Source: Chloroflexota bacterium
GTDB taxonomy: Bacteria > Chloroflexota > Limnocylindria > Limnocylindrales > CSP1-4
Reading direction: 5' to 3'
Length of the DNA: 64,000 nt
Assembly: GCA_015478725.1 (NCBI GenBank)
Contig: JADMIG010000008.1
Location: 1,174 to 65,173, forward strand
This document shows positions 26,198 to 36,148 of this stretch, piece by piece. Numbering within the stretch: the stretch's first letter is position 1; each line of letters begins with the position of its first letter. The notes beneath the pieces are model-generated. The model made no database searches and was not told the origin of the DNA. It saw only the letters and a program-made list of their open reading frames with translations. The position numbers and the translations under genes are program-made.

Positions 26198-27523
26198 CGA
26201 GGCCGGCGCCGTCTCGTGCGGATGCGGCACCGCGCGGGCGAGGCGGATCCCCCGCGAAAACACGAAGAGGAGACTCGTCAGCGCCGTCCCGACCGCGATG
26301 ACGACGAGGGTGACGCCGCCATGCACCGCGTCGAGGAGCACGCCCCCGACGAGCAGGCCGAGCGGCTGGATCCCGATCGAGATCGTGCGGGCCGTGCTCC
26401 CGACCCGACCGAGGAGCTCGTCCGGTGAGCTCGAGGCCCGGACCGTGACGTAGGCGACGAGGACGATCGACTGGCTCGTCCCGGCCACGAGCGCGAGCCC
26501 GGCCATGAGCGGCAGCGACGCCGTCACCGCCATCCCGAGGACCGCGATGGCGACGATGAGATTGCCGATGAGAAGGTGCGGGGCGAGCCGCCCGGTCGCG
26601 AGCCGGCCGGCGAGGAGAGCACCCACGAGCGACCCGACGCTGTATGCGGAGATGATCAACCCGAACGCCGACGGCCCGAGCGCGCGGTCGATCGTGAGGT
26701 AGTAGGCGACGACCTCGATGATCGGCGCCGAGACCAGGCTCACGAGTGTCCAGAAGGCGATGAGATCCCGCAGGACGGGATGCTCGAGGATGAACCGGAC
26801 CCCCTCCGCCATCTCCCGCCGGAGGCTCGTTCGTTCGCGTCGTTCGGCCCGCCGGAGCGGCCGCCGGACGAGGAGCAGGCTGACCGCCGAGACCGCGAAG
26901 GAGGCCGCGTCGATGACGAGGGTCGGTGCCGCGCCGATGCGGGCGACGAGCAGCCCGGCGATGCCCGGACCGATGATGAAGCTCGCGCCGCTCAGCGCCT
27001 CGAAGATCCCGGTCGCCCGGGCGAGCTGCCGCCTCCCCACGAGGTTCGGGACCGCGGCTGTCCAGCCGGCCATGAAGACGACGCGGCAGGCATTGATCGG
27101 GAACGCGACGAGCAGGACGACACCCATCACCGGGACGCCAAGGAGGGACGCGAGCGGGATGAACGCGGTGAGGATCGCTCGACCCGCATCCGCCCACATC
27201 ATCATCCGCCGGCGATCCCATCGATCGGCGTAGGCGCCCACCGGCAGGCCGAGCAGGAGGTCCGGCAGGCGCGCCAGGACCGCCACGATGCCCATCTGGA
27301 GGCCGGATCCGGTCAGAGCGAGGACGAGGAGCGGCAGTGCGGTCGCGCTCACCGCATCCCCGACCGCGGAGACGCCCTGGCCGACGAAGACGATCCGGAA
27401 GTCCCGGTTCGCCCGGAGGCTCAGGGTCGCCGTGTCTTCGCCCGGGTCGGGCGACGCGACCTCGCGATCCGGCAGGGGGACGAGCGCGTCCGTCACGGGA
27501 TCGAGCTCGTCCACGAGATCCAC
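26183..27523 (-). CDS. MFS transporter
   Basis: The protein is 446 aa with about 12 TM helices. It carries GAYADRWDRRRMM and the LVRRPLRRAER central loop. Confidence 0.85.
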   Translation of the reverse strand: MDLVDELDPVTDALVPLPDREVASPDPGEDTATLSLRANRDFRIVFVGQGVSAVGDAVSATALPLLVLALTGSGLQMGIVAVLARLPDLLLGLPVGAYADRWDRRRMMMWADAGRAILTAFIPLASLLGVPVMGVVLLVAFPINACRVVFMAGWTAAVPNLVGRRQLARATGIFEALSGASFIIGPGIAGLLVARIGAAPTLVIDAASFAVSAVSLLLVRRPLRRAERRERTSLRREMAEGVRFILEHPVLRDLIAFWTLVSLVSAPIIEVVAYYLTIDRALGPSAFGLIISAYSVGSLVGALLAGRLATGRLAPHLLIGNLIVAIAVLGMAVTASLPLMAGLALVAGTSQSIVLVAYVTVRASSSPDELLGRVGSTARTISIGIQPLGLLVGGVLLDAVHGGVTLVVIAVGTALTSLLFVFSRGIRLARAVPHPHETAPASSASP

Positions 27524-27635
27524 CGATCACCTCATGCCTGACGGCCGCCGCGGCCGGCCAGGTGCCGAGTCACGAACGCCGGCCGGGAGCGTACACCGCC
27601 CCGACGACACGGTCGTGCGCTCGCCGCCTCGACCG

Positions 27636-28856
27636 CTACAGCCCGGGCCAGGCCGCCGACATGCTCGCGCCGCCGAGGGTGGACGTGCCGATCCTCCACC
27701 GACCGCCGGTCGCGCGGACGATCTCGTTGGCGATGGCGAGCCCGAGTCCCGCCCCGCCCGCCGAGTCCGTCGCCCGATGGAAGCGATCGAAGATCCGATC
27801 CCGCTCGTCGACGGGGATCCCGGGGCCCGCGTCCTCCACGGTGAGCCGGACGCGGCCGGATTCCCGGGTCACGCTCACCTGGACGGTCCCACCGGCCGGG
27901 GCGTACTTGCAGGCGTTGTCGAGGAGGACACCGAGGAGCCGATCGAGCCACTCAGGGGGCGCGCTGACCGCCGTGGCGTCGCTGCGCACGTCGAGCCCGA
28001 GGCGAAGGTGGCGCGTCTCGGCGACACTCCGGAACCGCTCCACCGCCTGGCCGGCGAGCAGGCCGACATCCACCGGCTCGGCGTGCGGCGCGCCGCGGGT
28101 CGCGTCGAACCGGGCGAGCCAGAGCAGATCGTCGAGGAGCCGGCGCATCCGCCTGGTCTCGCCGTCGACCCGGACGAACGCGGAGCGGTACCAGGCGCCG
28201 TCGCGCTCCCGGCCGAGGGCGAGCGATGTCTCCGCCTCGATGACCGAGAGCGGCGTGCGCAGCTCGTGCGATGCATCGGCCGTGAACTCCAGCTGGCGGT
28301 GGCGGGCCTGCTCGATCGGCGACGCGACCCGCCGGCCGATGGCGACCGCGCCGAGGAAGACGAGGATAAGGAGCACCGGGCCGATGAGCGCCTCGGCGAG
28401 GAGGAGCGTCGCCTGGGCCTGCCCCACGCTGTCCATCGACTGGCCGACGACGACGGTGAAGCCCGGGGCGATCGTTTCCCCGGCCACTCGGACCTGGGCT
28501 CCACCGATGGTCACGGTCCGGGGGCTGCCGGGCCCGCGGACGGAGGCCGGCAGCGCCGCGTCCAGCGTGTTCGAGTCGACTTTCCCGTCCGCGTGGATCG
28601 TCCAGACGAGGAGCTGCGGACCGAACCGTGGACCGCCGGGCGGAGCGTCGAAGCCCCCGTGCTCCGGCGGCTGCTGGCTCGTGAGGCTGCGCAGCGAGTC
28701 GGTGAGCCGGCCGTCGATCTGTGAGGTGAGGTTGTTCGTGACGAGCACGAAGACGGCCGCCGCGACGGCGAGATAGCCGAGGGCGACGAGCGCGCCCGCC
28801 CCAAGGGCGACCCGGATGGAGGCGGTCCGCACCGCGTGTCCAGGCTCGGCGTTCAT
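27636..28856 (-). CDS. Sensor histidine kinase
   Basis: FTADASHELRTPLSVI is the H-box. LLDNACKYAP and GGAGLGLAIANEIVRATGG are present. Two TM helices are predicted. An ATGA overlap couples it to the regulator. Confidence 0.92.
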   Translation of the reverse strand: MNAEPGHAVRTASIRVALGAGALVALGYLAVAAAVFVLVTNNLTSQIDGRLTDSLRSLTSQQPPEHGGFDAPPGGPRFGPQLLVWTIHADGKVDSNTLDAALPASVRGPGSPRTVTIGGAQVRVAGETIAPGFTVVVGQSMDSVGQAQATLLLAEALIGPVLLILVFLGAVAIGRRVASPIEQARHRQLEFTADASHELRTPLSVIEAETSLALGRERDGAWYRSAFVRVDGETRRMRRLLDDLLWLARFDATRGAPHAEPVDVGLLAGQAVERFRSVAETRHLRLGLDVRSDATAVSAPPEWLDRLLGVLLDNACKYAPAGGTVQVSVTRESGRVRLTVEDAGPGIPVDERDRIFDRFHRATDSAGGAGLGLAIANEIVRATGGRWRIGTSTLGGASMSAAWPGL

Positions 28857-29521
28857 GCGTCCTCGAGGCGATACCCGGCCCCGCGCACGGTGACGATCCG
28901 GACCTGCCCGGCGGGGAGCTTGCCCCGCAGGCGGCTCAGCTGAACGTCGATCGCGTTCGTCCCGAGCGGGTCCGTCTCGTCACGCCAGCCGTGCTCGGCG
29001 ATCGCCTTGCGGTCGACCACCGCCGGAGCGCGACGCATGAGCAGCTCGAGGATGTTGTACTCGGTCGGCGTGAGCGGGATCGGGCGGTCACCGTCGGTCA
29101 CCACGCGCCGGAGCGGGTCGAGGGAGAGCCGCCCGCGGACGATGACGGGAGCATCCACCCCGCGGGGTCGTCGCTGCAGGGCGCGGACCCGGGCGAGGAG
29201 CTCGCCGAAGTCGAACGGCTTGACGAGGTAGTCGTCGGCGCCGGCGTCGAGTCCCCGGATCCGGTCCGGCGGCGCGTCGCGGGCGGTGAGCATGAGGAGG
29301 GCCGTGGGCCGTTCGTTCCGGCGGGCCCAGCGGACGACATCGATCCCCTCGGCGCCGGGCATCCGCCAGTCGATGACCGCGACGTCGTACTCGTAAAACT
29401 TCAGCTGGTCGATGGCCTCGTCTCCGCGCTCCACGGCATCCACCTGGTAGCCCTGGTCCTCGAGGCCGAGGACCAGGACCTTCCGCAGTCCGGGATCGTC
29501 TTCCGCGACGAGGATCCGCAT
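28853..29521 (-). CDS. OmpR-family response regulator
   Basis: MRILVAEDDPGLRKVLVLGLEDQGYQV...AVIDWRMPG...GADDYLVKPFDFGELLARV...TVRGAGYRLE. It uses an in-frame internal start of track ORF 28853..30277. Confidence 0.92.
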   Translation of the reverse strand: MRILVAEDDPGLRKVLVLGLEDQGYQVDAVERGDEAIDQLKFYEYDVAVIDWRMPGAEGIDVVRWARRNERPTALLMLTARDAPPDRIRGLDAGADDYLVKPFDFGELLARVRALQRRPRGVDAPVIVRGRLSLDPLRRVVTDGDRPIPLTPTEYNILELLMRRAPAVVDRKAIAEHGWRDETDPLGTNAIDVQLSRLRGKLPAGQVRIVTVRGAGYRLEDA

Positions 29522-29651
29522 GGTCAGGCCGCACTCCGAGATGTCATCGAGGGATGATGCACCACCGAATCTTGCGTTGCGATTACGGCCGGCGCGCCAC
29601 GCCGGACCGGAGGCCGGTCGCGAGCGGGATGAGCCGGGCGAGCTGCGACCC

Positions 29652-30467
29652 TCAGCCCTCCGCGAACGCGGCGTGGAGGTCCATCGCGTGGTCGCGCAGC
29701 CAGCGCCGCCACTGGCGATGATCCGGGCGGAGTGCGGCGACGAGCGCCCAGAACCGTGGACCGTGGCCGAAGACCCGCAGGTGGGCGAGTTCGTGGATGA
29801 CGACCGTCTCGAGTGCCTCCGGCGGGGCGAGGCCGAGCCGCCAGCTGAAGGAGAGCCGCCCGGCCCGTGAGGCGCTCCCCCAGCGCGAGCGGGTGTCGCG
29901 GATCGTGATGGCGGTCGGAACCACGCCCAGGGCAGGCGCGAAGCGGCCGATCGCCGTGTCGATGGCCACCCGCGCCTCGCCCCGGACCCAGGTCTCGAGG
30001 ACCACGGAGGCAGGTCGAGCGTCGCGGGCAGCGAGCCGCACGATGAGCTCTGCGGCGCCGGCATCGCGGAGGACGACGGAACGTCGAGCGGCCGGGGGTG
30101 CGGGCACGAAGACGAGGCGGTGGTCGAACCCGCCGTAGAGCGCGGATCCATCCGGCGCGATCGGACCGCGCGCGTCGAGCGCCGCTCGCTGGCGGGCCTG
30201 GCGATCGAGGTGTCGGCGGATCCAGGCCGACCGCTCGGCCAGGAACGTCGCCGCGAGGCGCCGCCCGTCGATCGCACCGAGGCGATGGCCGGCTGGGACG
30301 GTGACGACGACCCCCCGGAACGGATCGACGGCGACGCGGACGTGCCTGGCGCGGGGCGATCGGCGGAGCGTGTAGGCGAGCGCGCCGTCCGGGAGCTCGG
30401 CCGTCGCGGGCTCCTCGATCGCGGCCGTCGTCACGGCCCGCCTATGCACCGTCAGGCGCGGACCCAT
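29652..30467 (-). CDS. DUF45/YgjP-like (M48/SprT-like) zinc metallopeptidase-fold protein
   Basis: RSRWGSASRAGRLSFSWRLGLAPPEALETVVIHELAHLRVFGHGPRFWALV carries the HExxH motif. The start could be ATG 30467 or GTG 30434. Confidence 0.75.
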   Translation of the reverse strand: MGPRLTVHRRAVTTAAIEEPATAELPDGALAYTLRRSPRARHVRVAVDPFRGVVVTVPAGHRLGAIDGRRLAATFLAERSAWIRRHLDRQARQRAALDARGPIAPDGSALYGGFDHRLVFVPAPPAARRSVVLRDAGAAELIVRLAARDARPASVVLETWVRGEARVAIDTAIGRFAPALGVVPTAITIRDTRSRWGSASRAGRLSFSWRLGLAPPEALETVVIHELAHLRVFGHGPRFWALVAALRPDHRQWRRWLRDHAMDLHAAFAEG

Positions 30468-31459
30468 GCGACCGTGAAGGACGTCCCGCTCGTCGCCGTC
30501 GCGGTCACCTGGGCCCGGATCGAGCCGTCCGGGGCGAGCATCGTGATCTGCGAATGGGTCGCGTCCGCCCCGTCGAGTGGCTCCCGGAGCCCCCCGACGG
30601 TGAGCCACGTCCCGCTCACCGTCAGCTGGCCGAAGTTCGGCATGGGGAGGATGTGGCAATCGGCCGGGCATCCGCCCGTGGGCGACTCGACGACCCACTC
30701 GGCGGAGGTTGGGCGGAGCCGCGGGTTCGTGTCGCGGACGGTGAAGACTGTGCCCCGGGTGAGGTTCGCGATCGACAGCTGATACGTCGTGGAGGTGAGC
30801 GCCCGGACCTGGGCCCGGAGGTGGTCGCCGCGCCGGACGGCGAGGCGGATCGGGACCTCGTAGTGCTCGAGCGGCAGCGACTCGCGCCACAGGTAGCCGG
30901 TCGGCGACCCGTGCTCGCAATCGACTTCACTGCCGATCTGCTCGAGCCCGACCTGGTCGAATCCACCGAGGCCGACCCAGATCGAGACCGCGCTCCGCGC
31001 GCTCGTGCAGCGGACCGTGGGCTGCGTCCACGTGGCCTCGACGCATGAGAAGGTCGCGCTGTCGGCGGTCGCCGCGTAGCCGGACCAGTTCGTGCTCGTG
31101 TCCGTCGCGAGCGGGCCGCTGCCGGCGGTCGTGACGCGGCCGGGACACGGCGCGAAGGCGGCTGCCGACCCGGCGCCAGCGGGGGGCGCGGAGGTGCTGG
31201 GGCGAGAGGATGCGGTCGGCCGGGGGGTCGCGTTGGACCGGGGCGATGCGGTCGGAGTCGGCTGCGGGGCGACGGTCGTTGTCGTCGCTGTCGGGCCGAT
31301 GTCCGTCGCGCCGCCGGATTTCGCCGACGGGACGGCGAGGCCCGCCGATCCACTCGGCGTCGGGACGTAGGTCACCTCGCACGCGGCGGCAACGAGCAGG
31401 AACGTCGCGAGGATGGCGAGGAGCGGGCGAGGCGAGCGTCTCCGTGCCGGGCGGTCCAT
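30452..31459 (-). CDS. Peptidase G1 (eqolisin/glutamic peptidase, Peptidase_A4)-like lipoprotein
   Basis: LLVAAACEV is a lipobox, followed by a Thr/Pro-rich linker. [15 protein letters not shown]...LEQIG (catalytic Gln context) and SAEWVVESP (catalytic Glu context) are present. Confidence 0.7.
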   Translation of the reverse strand: MDRPARRRSPRPLLAILATFLLVAAACEVTYVPTPSGSAGLAVPSAKSGGATDIGPTATTTTVAPQPTPTASPRSNATPRPTASSRPSTSAPPAGAGSAAAFAPCPGRVTTAGSGPLATDTSTNWSGYAATADSATFSCVEATWTQPTVRCTSARSAVSIWVGLGGFDQVGLEQIGSEVDCEHGSPTGYLWRESLPLEHYEVPIRLAVRRGDHLRAQVRALTSTTYQLSIANLTRGTVFTVRDTNPRLRPTSAEWVVESPTGGCPADCHILPMPNFGQLTVSGTWLTVGGLREPLDGADATHSQITMLAPDGSIRAQVTATATSGTSFTVAWVRA

Positions 31460-31577
31460 CGCCCGGAACTGTACGACGCCTCGGGATGGCGTGGACGCGG
31501 CATTGGCTCGCCCATCGCGGACCTCCCGATCCGCCGTCCCGAACGAGGCGGTTTGGTACACTCCGCCTCTGCGTCGC

Positions 31578-31653
31578 GGGGCTATAGCTCAGCTGGAAGA
31601 GCGTCTGAATGGCATTCAGAAGGTCCGGGGTTCGAACCCCCGTAGCTCCACCA
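31578..31653 (+). tRNA. tRNA-Ala (anticodon GGC)
   Basis: It forms a 76-nt cloverleaf with acceptor GGGGCTA/TAGCTCC and G3:U70. The anticodon loop is ATGGCAT, the T-loop is TTCGAAC, and CCA is encoded. Confidence 0.9.
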
Positions 31654-31706
31654 ACCCCCCACCGGGTCCGGCGGGGGGTTCGATGTCGAGAGGGCCGGAT
31701 CCACCG

Positions 31707-34319
31707 ATGACCACTACGGACGAGACCCAGCCGGCGCGAGCCGGGCGCGCGCGTGTCGAACGGTACGACCCCACGGAGATCGAGCCACGCTGGCAGGCGC
31801 GCTGGGCGGGGCTCGACCTGTACCGGACGGACCTCGGCGACGAGTCCCGGCCGTCGTATTACCTGCTGACGATGTATCCGTATCCATCCGGCGATCTCCA
31901 CATCGGGCACTGGTACGTGAAGACGCCGACGGACGCGCTCGCCCGGTTCCACCGGATGCACGGCGAGAACGTCTTCCTCCCGATCGGCTTCGATGCGTTC
32001 GGGCTGCCGGCCGAGAACGCCGCCATCAGGAACCGCATCCACCCCCGCGCGTGGACGATGTCCAACATCGAGAACATGCGCCGCCAGCTGCGGAGCATGG
32101 GCGCGACGTTCGACTGGTCCGCGGAGGTCGTGACCTGCCAGCCGGAGTACTACCGCTGGAACCAGTGGCTGTTCCTGCGGCTGCTCGAGGCGGGTCTCGC
32201 CTACCGCCAGCGCTCACCGGTGGACTGGTGCCCGAACGACGGGACGCTCGCCCGCGAGCAGGTGGAGGGAGCGGACCGCCACTGCTGGCGCTGTGGGGCG
32301 AAGGTCGAGAAGCGCGACCTGGAGCAGTGGTTCCTCCGCATCACGCGGTACGCGGACGAGCTCCTCGACTTCAGCGGCATCGACTGGCCGGAGCCGGTCC
32401 GCATCCAGCAGACGAACTGGATCGGCCGGAGCGAGGGCGCGGAGATCGTCTTCACGACGGCGCCGGACGATCACCAGCCGGGTGGCGACGAGCTGCGGGT
32501 CTTCACGACCCGACCGGACACCCTCTTCGGAGCGACGTTCATGGTCCTCGCTCCGGAGCATCCGCTCGTGGAGCGGCTCACCGCGCCGGCCCGTCGCCCG
32601 GAGGTCGAGGCGTACGTCGCCCGGGCCCGCACGGAGACGGAGATCGATCGGTTGTCCGCCGACCGGGAGAAGACCGGCGTCGCCCTCGGCGCTGACGCGA
32701 TCAACCCCGTCAACGGGACGCGGATCCCGATCTTCATCGCCGACTATGTCCTCTCCGGCTACGGGACCGGGGCGATCATGGCCGTGCCGGCCCACGATGA
32801 GCGCGACTTCGCCTTCGCGAAGCGATTCGGCCTGCCGATCGTCCGCGTCGTCGCTCCAGCCTCGGTGGCGAGCTCGCTCTCCGACGCGGCCGACGCCGGA
32901 GCCGACGCCGGCCCGGCCGACGACCACGCGATGGAGGACGCCTACGTCGCCCACACCGCCGACGAGATCCTCGTGAACTCGGGGCGCTTCAGCGGGCTCT
33001 CCGCCCCGGACGGTCACCGGGCGATCGTGGAGTGGCTCGCGGCGGACGGCCGCGCCCACGCGACCGTGACCTACCGCATCCGCGACTGGCTCATCAGCCG
33101 CCAGCGTTACTGGGGCACGCCGATCCCGGTCATCTACTGCGATCGCGACGGCGTCGTGCCGGTCCCGGACGCCGACCTGCCGGTCCGCCTTCCGGAGACG
33201 GTGGACTACCAGGGCAGCGGCGACAATCCCCTCAAGCGGGACGCGGCGTTCGTCGACATCGCCTGCCCCCGCTGCGGCGGGCCGGCCCGTCGCGAGACGG
33301 ACACCATGGACACGTTCATGGACTCCTCGTGGTACTGGTTCCGCTACCTCTCGCCGCACGAGGACCGAGCGCCCGTGGACCGTGCCATCGCCGATCGCTG
33401 GAGCCCCGTCGACCAGTACACCGGCGGCGCCGAGCACGCGGTCATGCATCTGCTCTACAGCCGGTTCTTCACGAAGGCGATGGCGGACCTCGGGCTCGTT
33501 GGCGTCCGCGAGCCGTTCCGCCGGCTGTTCAACCAGGGTCAGGTCCTCGGCGCGGACGGCGAGCGGATGAGCAAGAGCCGCGGCAACGTCCAGGACCCGG
33601 ACGAGCTCATCGCGCGCTACGGGGCGGACACGGTGCGCCTCTTCCTCATGTTCATGGGCCCGTGGGATCAGGGCGGGCCGTGGAGCCCGACGGGGATCGG
33701 CGGTGTCCATCGGTTCCTCAACCGGATCTGGACGCTCGTCCTCGACCCAACCGGTCACGAGCCCGGCGACGCCGAGGCCGGGCGGCTCCCGGCGGGCCTC
33801 GATGCCGCCGCAGCCGAGCGAGCCATCCGGACGGCCGCCCACCGGACGCTCCGGGTGGTCAGCGGCGAATACGCCGAGTTCAAGTTCAACACGATGATCT
33901 CCCACCTCATGGAGCTGTCGAACACGCTCGTCCGCTACCGCGGGACGCCGGTCGTCGGCGGGCCGGCGTGGGACGAGGCGATCGAGTTGCTCCTCCTCAT
34001 GCTCGCCCCCGCGGCGCCGCACATCGCCGAGGAGCTGTGGGAGCGACGGGCGGCGGCGAGCGGCCGGCCGTGGTCGTCCATCCACACCGCGCGCTGGCCG
34101 GAGGTCGATCCGGCGGTCGCGACCGAGGAGACCCGCGAGGTCCCCATCCAGGTCAACGGCCGCGTCCGCGATCGCGTCGTCGTGCCCGTCGGCATCGGCG
34201 AGGCGGAGCTCGAGTCGATCGTCCTCGGCCGCGAGAAAGTCGTCGCGGCGCTCGGCGGCCGGCCGCCACGACGGGTCATCCACGCCGGCGGTCGGCTCGT
34301 CAACATCGTCCTCGGCTAG
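31707..34319 (+). CDS. leuS: Leucine--tRNA ligase
   Basis: [20 protein letters not shown] is the HIGH region. [10 protein letters not shown] is the KMSKS region. The CP1 editing domain is present. ATG 31683 is an alternative start. Confidence 0.95.
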   Translation: MTTTDETQPARAGRARVERYDPTEIEPRWQARWAGLDLYRTDLGDESRPSYYLLTMYPYPSGDLHIGHWYVKTPTDALARFHRMHGENVFLPIGFDAFGLPAENAAIRNRIHPRAWTMSNIENMRRQLRSMGATFDWSAEVVTCQPEYYRWNQWLFLRLLEAGLAYRQRSPVDWCPNDGTLAREQVEGADRHCWRCGAKVEKRDLEQWFLRITRYADELLDFSGIDWPEPVRIQQTNWIGRSEGAEIVFTTAPDDHQPGGDELRVFTTRPDTLFGATFMVLAPEHPLVERLTAPARRPEVEAYVARARTETEIDRLSADREKTGVALGADAINPVNGTRIPIFIADYVLSGYGTGAIMAVPAHDERDFAFAKRFGLPIVRVVAPASVASSLSDAADAGADAGPADDHAMEDAYVAHTADEILVNSGRFSGLSAPDGHRAIVEWLAADGRAHATVTYRIRDWLISRQRYWGTPIPVIYCDRDGVVPVPDADLPVRLPETVDYQGSGDNPLKRDAAFVDIACPRCGGPARRETDTMDTFMDSSWYWFRYLSPHEDRAPVDRAIADRWSPVDQYTGGAEHAVMHLLYSRFFTKAMADLGLVGVREPFRRLFNQGQVLGADGERMSKSRGNVQDPDELIARYGADTVRLFLMFMGPWDQGGPWSPTGIGGVHRFLNRIWTLVLDPTGHEPGDAEAGRLPAGLDAAAAERAIRTAAHRTLRVVSGEYAEFKFNTMISHLMELSNTLVRYRGTPVVGGPAWDEAIELLLLMLAPAAPHIAEELWERRAAASGRPWSSIHTARWPEVDPAVATEETREVPIQVNGRVRDRVVVPVGIGEAELESIVLGREKVVAALGGRPPRRVIHAGGRLVNIVLG

Positions 34320-34335
34320 CGCGAAGCCGGCGCGG
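34314..34335. repeat. 22-bp direct repeat copy 1 (spans the leuS stop codon)
   Basis: ggctagcgcgaagccggcgcgg is identical to 34671-34692. Confidence 0.85.
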
Positions 34336-34670
34336 AGACCTCGAGGCCGGCGGGCGTTGTCGACCAACGCAGACCCGCCCGGCATCTGCCGGCTCCGGTT
34401 CCATCGGGCGGGATGCGGCGCGGCATGCCGTTCGTGCCAGATGACCCCCAGGTGGGCGTTGGTCACCGACTCCCCGCGCGGCGCTGGCTGACCTGAGCGT
34501 GGATCGGGCCGGGTCGGCACGTCGATCCTGCCAGATGCGCGGGGGAGGGCCACCTGTCACCGACCTGCAGACCAGTGCCCGCCTCATGGCCATCTGCCGG
34601 AACCTGGGACGGAGGGCTCGATCCGATGGCCATCCTCGTCAACGACGTGTCCGGGGATCACGGCCGGCGC

Positions 34671-34692
34671 GGCTAGCGCGAAGCCGGCGCGG
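34671..34692. repeat. 22-bp direct repeat copy 2 (spans the stop of the convergent CGNR gene)
   Basis: ggctagcgcgaagccggcgcgg. It is embedded in the local 18-bp tandem gccggcgcggctagcgcg-aa-gccggcgcggctagcgcg. A ctcgtcaac stretch upstream mirrors the leuS 3' end. Confidence 0.85.
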
Positions 34693-35314
34693 CTAGCGCG
34701 GTCCCGGTCGCCCTGAGGCGGGCCCGATGTCGGGCCGCCTTGGCCCGGTTGCCGCACGACGCCATCTCGCACCAGCGGCGCCGATGCGTCGGTGACGAGT
34801 CGAAGAAGACCCAGCGGCACGTGTCGTTCGCGCAGATCCGGAGCCGCTCCGCGTCGTGGCCGGTCACCACCCGGGCGACCCGCTCCGCGATCCGGCCGAG
34901 GACATCGTCGAGCGGGTCCCCGTCGTGTCGATGGCCCAGGACGAGATCGCCATCCCCGCTCACGAGGACGAGCCGCTGCCGGGCGGCGAGCGCCCGATTG
35001 ACCTCGTCGAGCGCCCGCGGGTCGGCGAACCCACGCTCGACCGCCGCCCGGACCACCTCGCGCAGTGCCTCCCGCACGGAGCGCACCCGGCGGAGGGCGG
35101 CGTCACCTGCGGGTCCATCTGCCTTGAGCGCCGCAAGTTCGGGATCGATCGGGCCGTGCACCAGGCGGTGGTCCTGCAACCAATCGATCGCGTCGCCGGC
35201 CGTCTCGAGGTGATCGACGAGCAGCCCGCGCTCGAGGGCGGCGGTGTCGATGAAGTCGAGGGCGGCATCGATGTCAAGGTCATGGCTGTGACGGATCGGG
35301 TCCATCGCGTGCAT
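34673..35314 (-). CDS. CGNR zinc-finger (ABATE-domain) putative regulator
   Basis: The C-terminus LRICANDTCRWVFFDSSPTHRRRWCEMASCGNRAKAARHR is a CGNR zinc finger. Possible starts are ATG 35314 or 35305. Confidence 0.85.
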   Translation of the reverse strand: MHAMDPIRHSHDLDIDAALDFIDTAALERGLLVDHLETAGDAIDWLQDHRLVHGPIDPELAALKADGPAGDAALRRVRSVREALREVVRAAVERGFADPRALDEVNRALAARQRLVLVSGDGDLVLGHRHDGDPLDDVLGRIAERVARVVTGHDAERLRICANDTCRWVFFDSSPTHRRRWCEMASCGNRAKAARHRARLRATGTALAAPASR

Positions 35315-35332
35315 ATAACCAGCATATAGGAA

Positions 35333-35361
35333 TTGACAGGTTACGTGCAATGGGCTACGCT
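35333..35361 (+). promoter_or_regulatory. Sigma-70-like promoter candidate for the divergent small ORFs
   Basis: TTGACA (35333-8), a 17-nt spacer, then TACGCT (35356-61), in an AT-rich patch. It overlaps GGTTAC-N20-GTAACC (35339-35370). Confidence 0.45.
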
Positions 35362-35408
35362 GCGGTAACCACTAACTAACTGTGCACCAGTTATTCCGAA
35401 GGTGGCCC

Positions 35409-35537
35409 ATGCCCGGTCTCGCGATCCTCTTCCTCGTCCTCGCGGCGCTGCTCCTGCTCGACGTCGCCGCGATCTCTCTCGGCGTCGATTCGCGAGAGCT
35501 CGATCCCCGGCCGGCGACGCCCGCGGAGGATTTCTGA
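35409..35537 (+). CDS. 42-aa single-TM mini-protein
   Basis: MPGLAILFLVLAALLLLDVAAISLGVDSRELDPRPATPAEDF. A GAAGGTGG SD lies upstream. GC3 is high. Its stop overlaps the next ATG (TGATG). Confidence 0.5.
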   Translation: MPGLAILFLVLAALLLLDVAAISLGVDSRELDPRPATPAEDF

Positions 35538-35794
35538 TGTGGTACCACCTCTACGATCGGGCCCGGGAGCTCGCCGCGGAACGAGAACGCGACGACCGGC
35601 GCGACCGCCTCGCCCGCTTCGCCCGTCGACCCGCGGATCCGGCCGCGCCCCGGCGGTCGGCGGCCCATTCCGCCCTCCGTCATTCGTCCGCTCGCGCTCT
35701 CCTTGCCCTCGGGCGGTCGGCCGCCCGCCTCGCCCAGGCGCTCGACGCCGACGCAGGACCGTCGATCACGTCCGAGCCTCTCGAGCGCGCCTGA
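35537..35794 (+). CDS. 85-aa Arg-rich helical protein, unknown function
   Basis: MWYHLYDRARELAAERERDDRRDRLARFARRPAD... It is translationally coupled to the 42-aa ORF and shares the frame of track ORF 35402..35794. Confidence 0.4.
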   Translation: MWYHLYDRARELAAERERDDRRDRLARFARRPADPAAPRRSAAHSALRHSSARALLALGRSAARLAQALDADAGPSITSEPLERA

Positions 35795-35876
35795 GAACCG
35801 GCGGCCGCGCAGTTCCCCGGAAGAGGCAATGGCCAACGCACGGCTAACGTTGACAGTTCTTGTCATAGCGAGCCAG

Positions 35877-35909
35877 GCTACGGCTAATGCGACGAACATT
35901 AGCCGTAGC
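35877..35909. promoter_or_regulatory. Perfect 13-bp stem / 7-nt loop hairpin built from ACGGCTAA repeats
   Basis: GCTACGGCTAATG-cgacgaa-CATTAGCCGTAGC. A third direct ACGGCTAA copy lies at 35840-35847. A TGACA-N5-TGTCA palindrome lies at 35851-35865. No U tract follows. Confidence 0.6.
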
Positions 35910-35962
35910 TGTGGCGTGAGACTCCCGGAGCGTGCCCGAGACGGGCGGGAAGGAGATCAGGG

Positions 35963-36148
35963 ATGGCCGAGCAGCTCGTGATCGAGTCGTATCCGAAGCT
36001 CCGGCAGGTTCTGGGCGAGGACGGCTTCAAGGAGCTCGCCAGGCTGATCCGCACGACCTACGAAGCCAACGAGCAGCGCCGACGGCGCGAACCCGACGAG
36101 GCCGTGCGCGAGGTGAAAGGGAGCTTCGAGGGACGAACCGGGTCCTGA
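35963..36148 (+). CDS. 61-aa hypothetical protein
   Basis: MAEQLVIESYPKLRQVLGEDGFKELARLIRTTYEANEQRRRREPDEAVREVKGSFEGRTGS. A GGAAGGAGA SD lies 7 nt upstream. GC3 is high. Confidence 0.55.
   Translation: MAEQLVIESYPKLRQVLGEDGFKELARLIRTTYEANEQRRRREPDEAVREVKGSFEGRTGS

Noticed and set aside
32214-34553. 779-aa ORF antisense to leuS
   Set aside because: It has no recognisable domains and low-complexity composition. The opposite strand encodes an unambiguous LeuRS with HIGH and KMSKS motifs.
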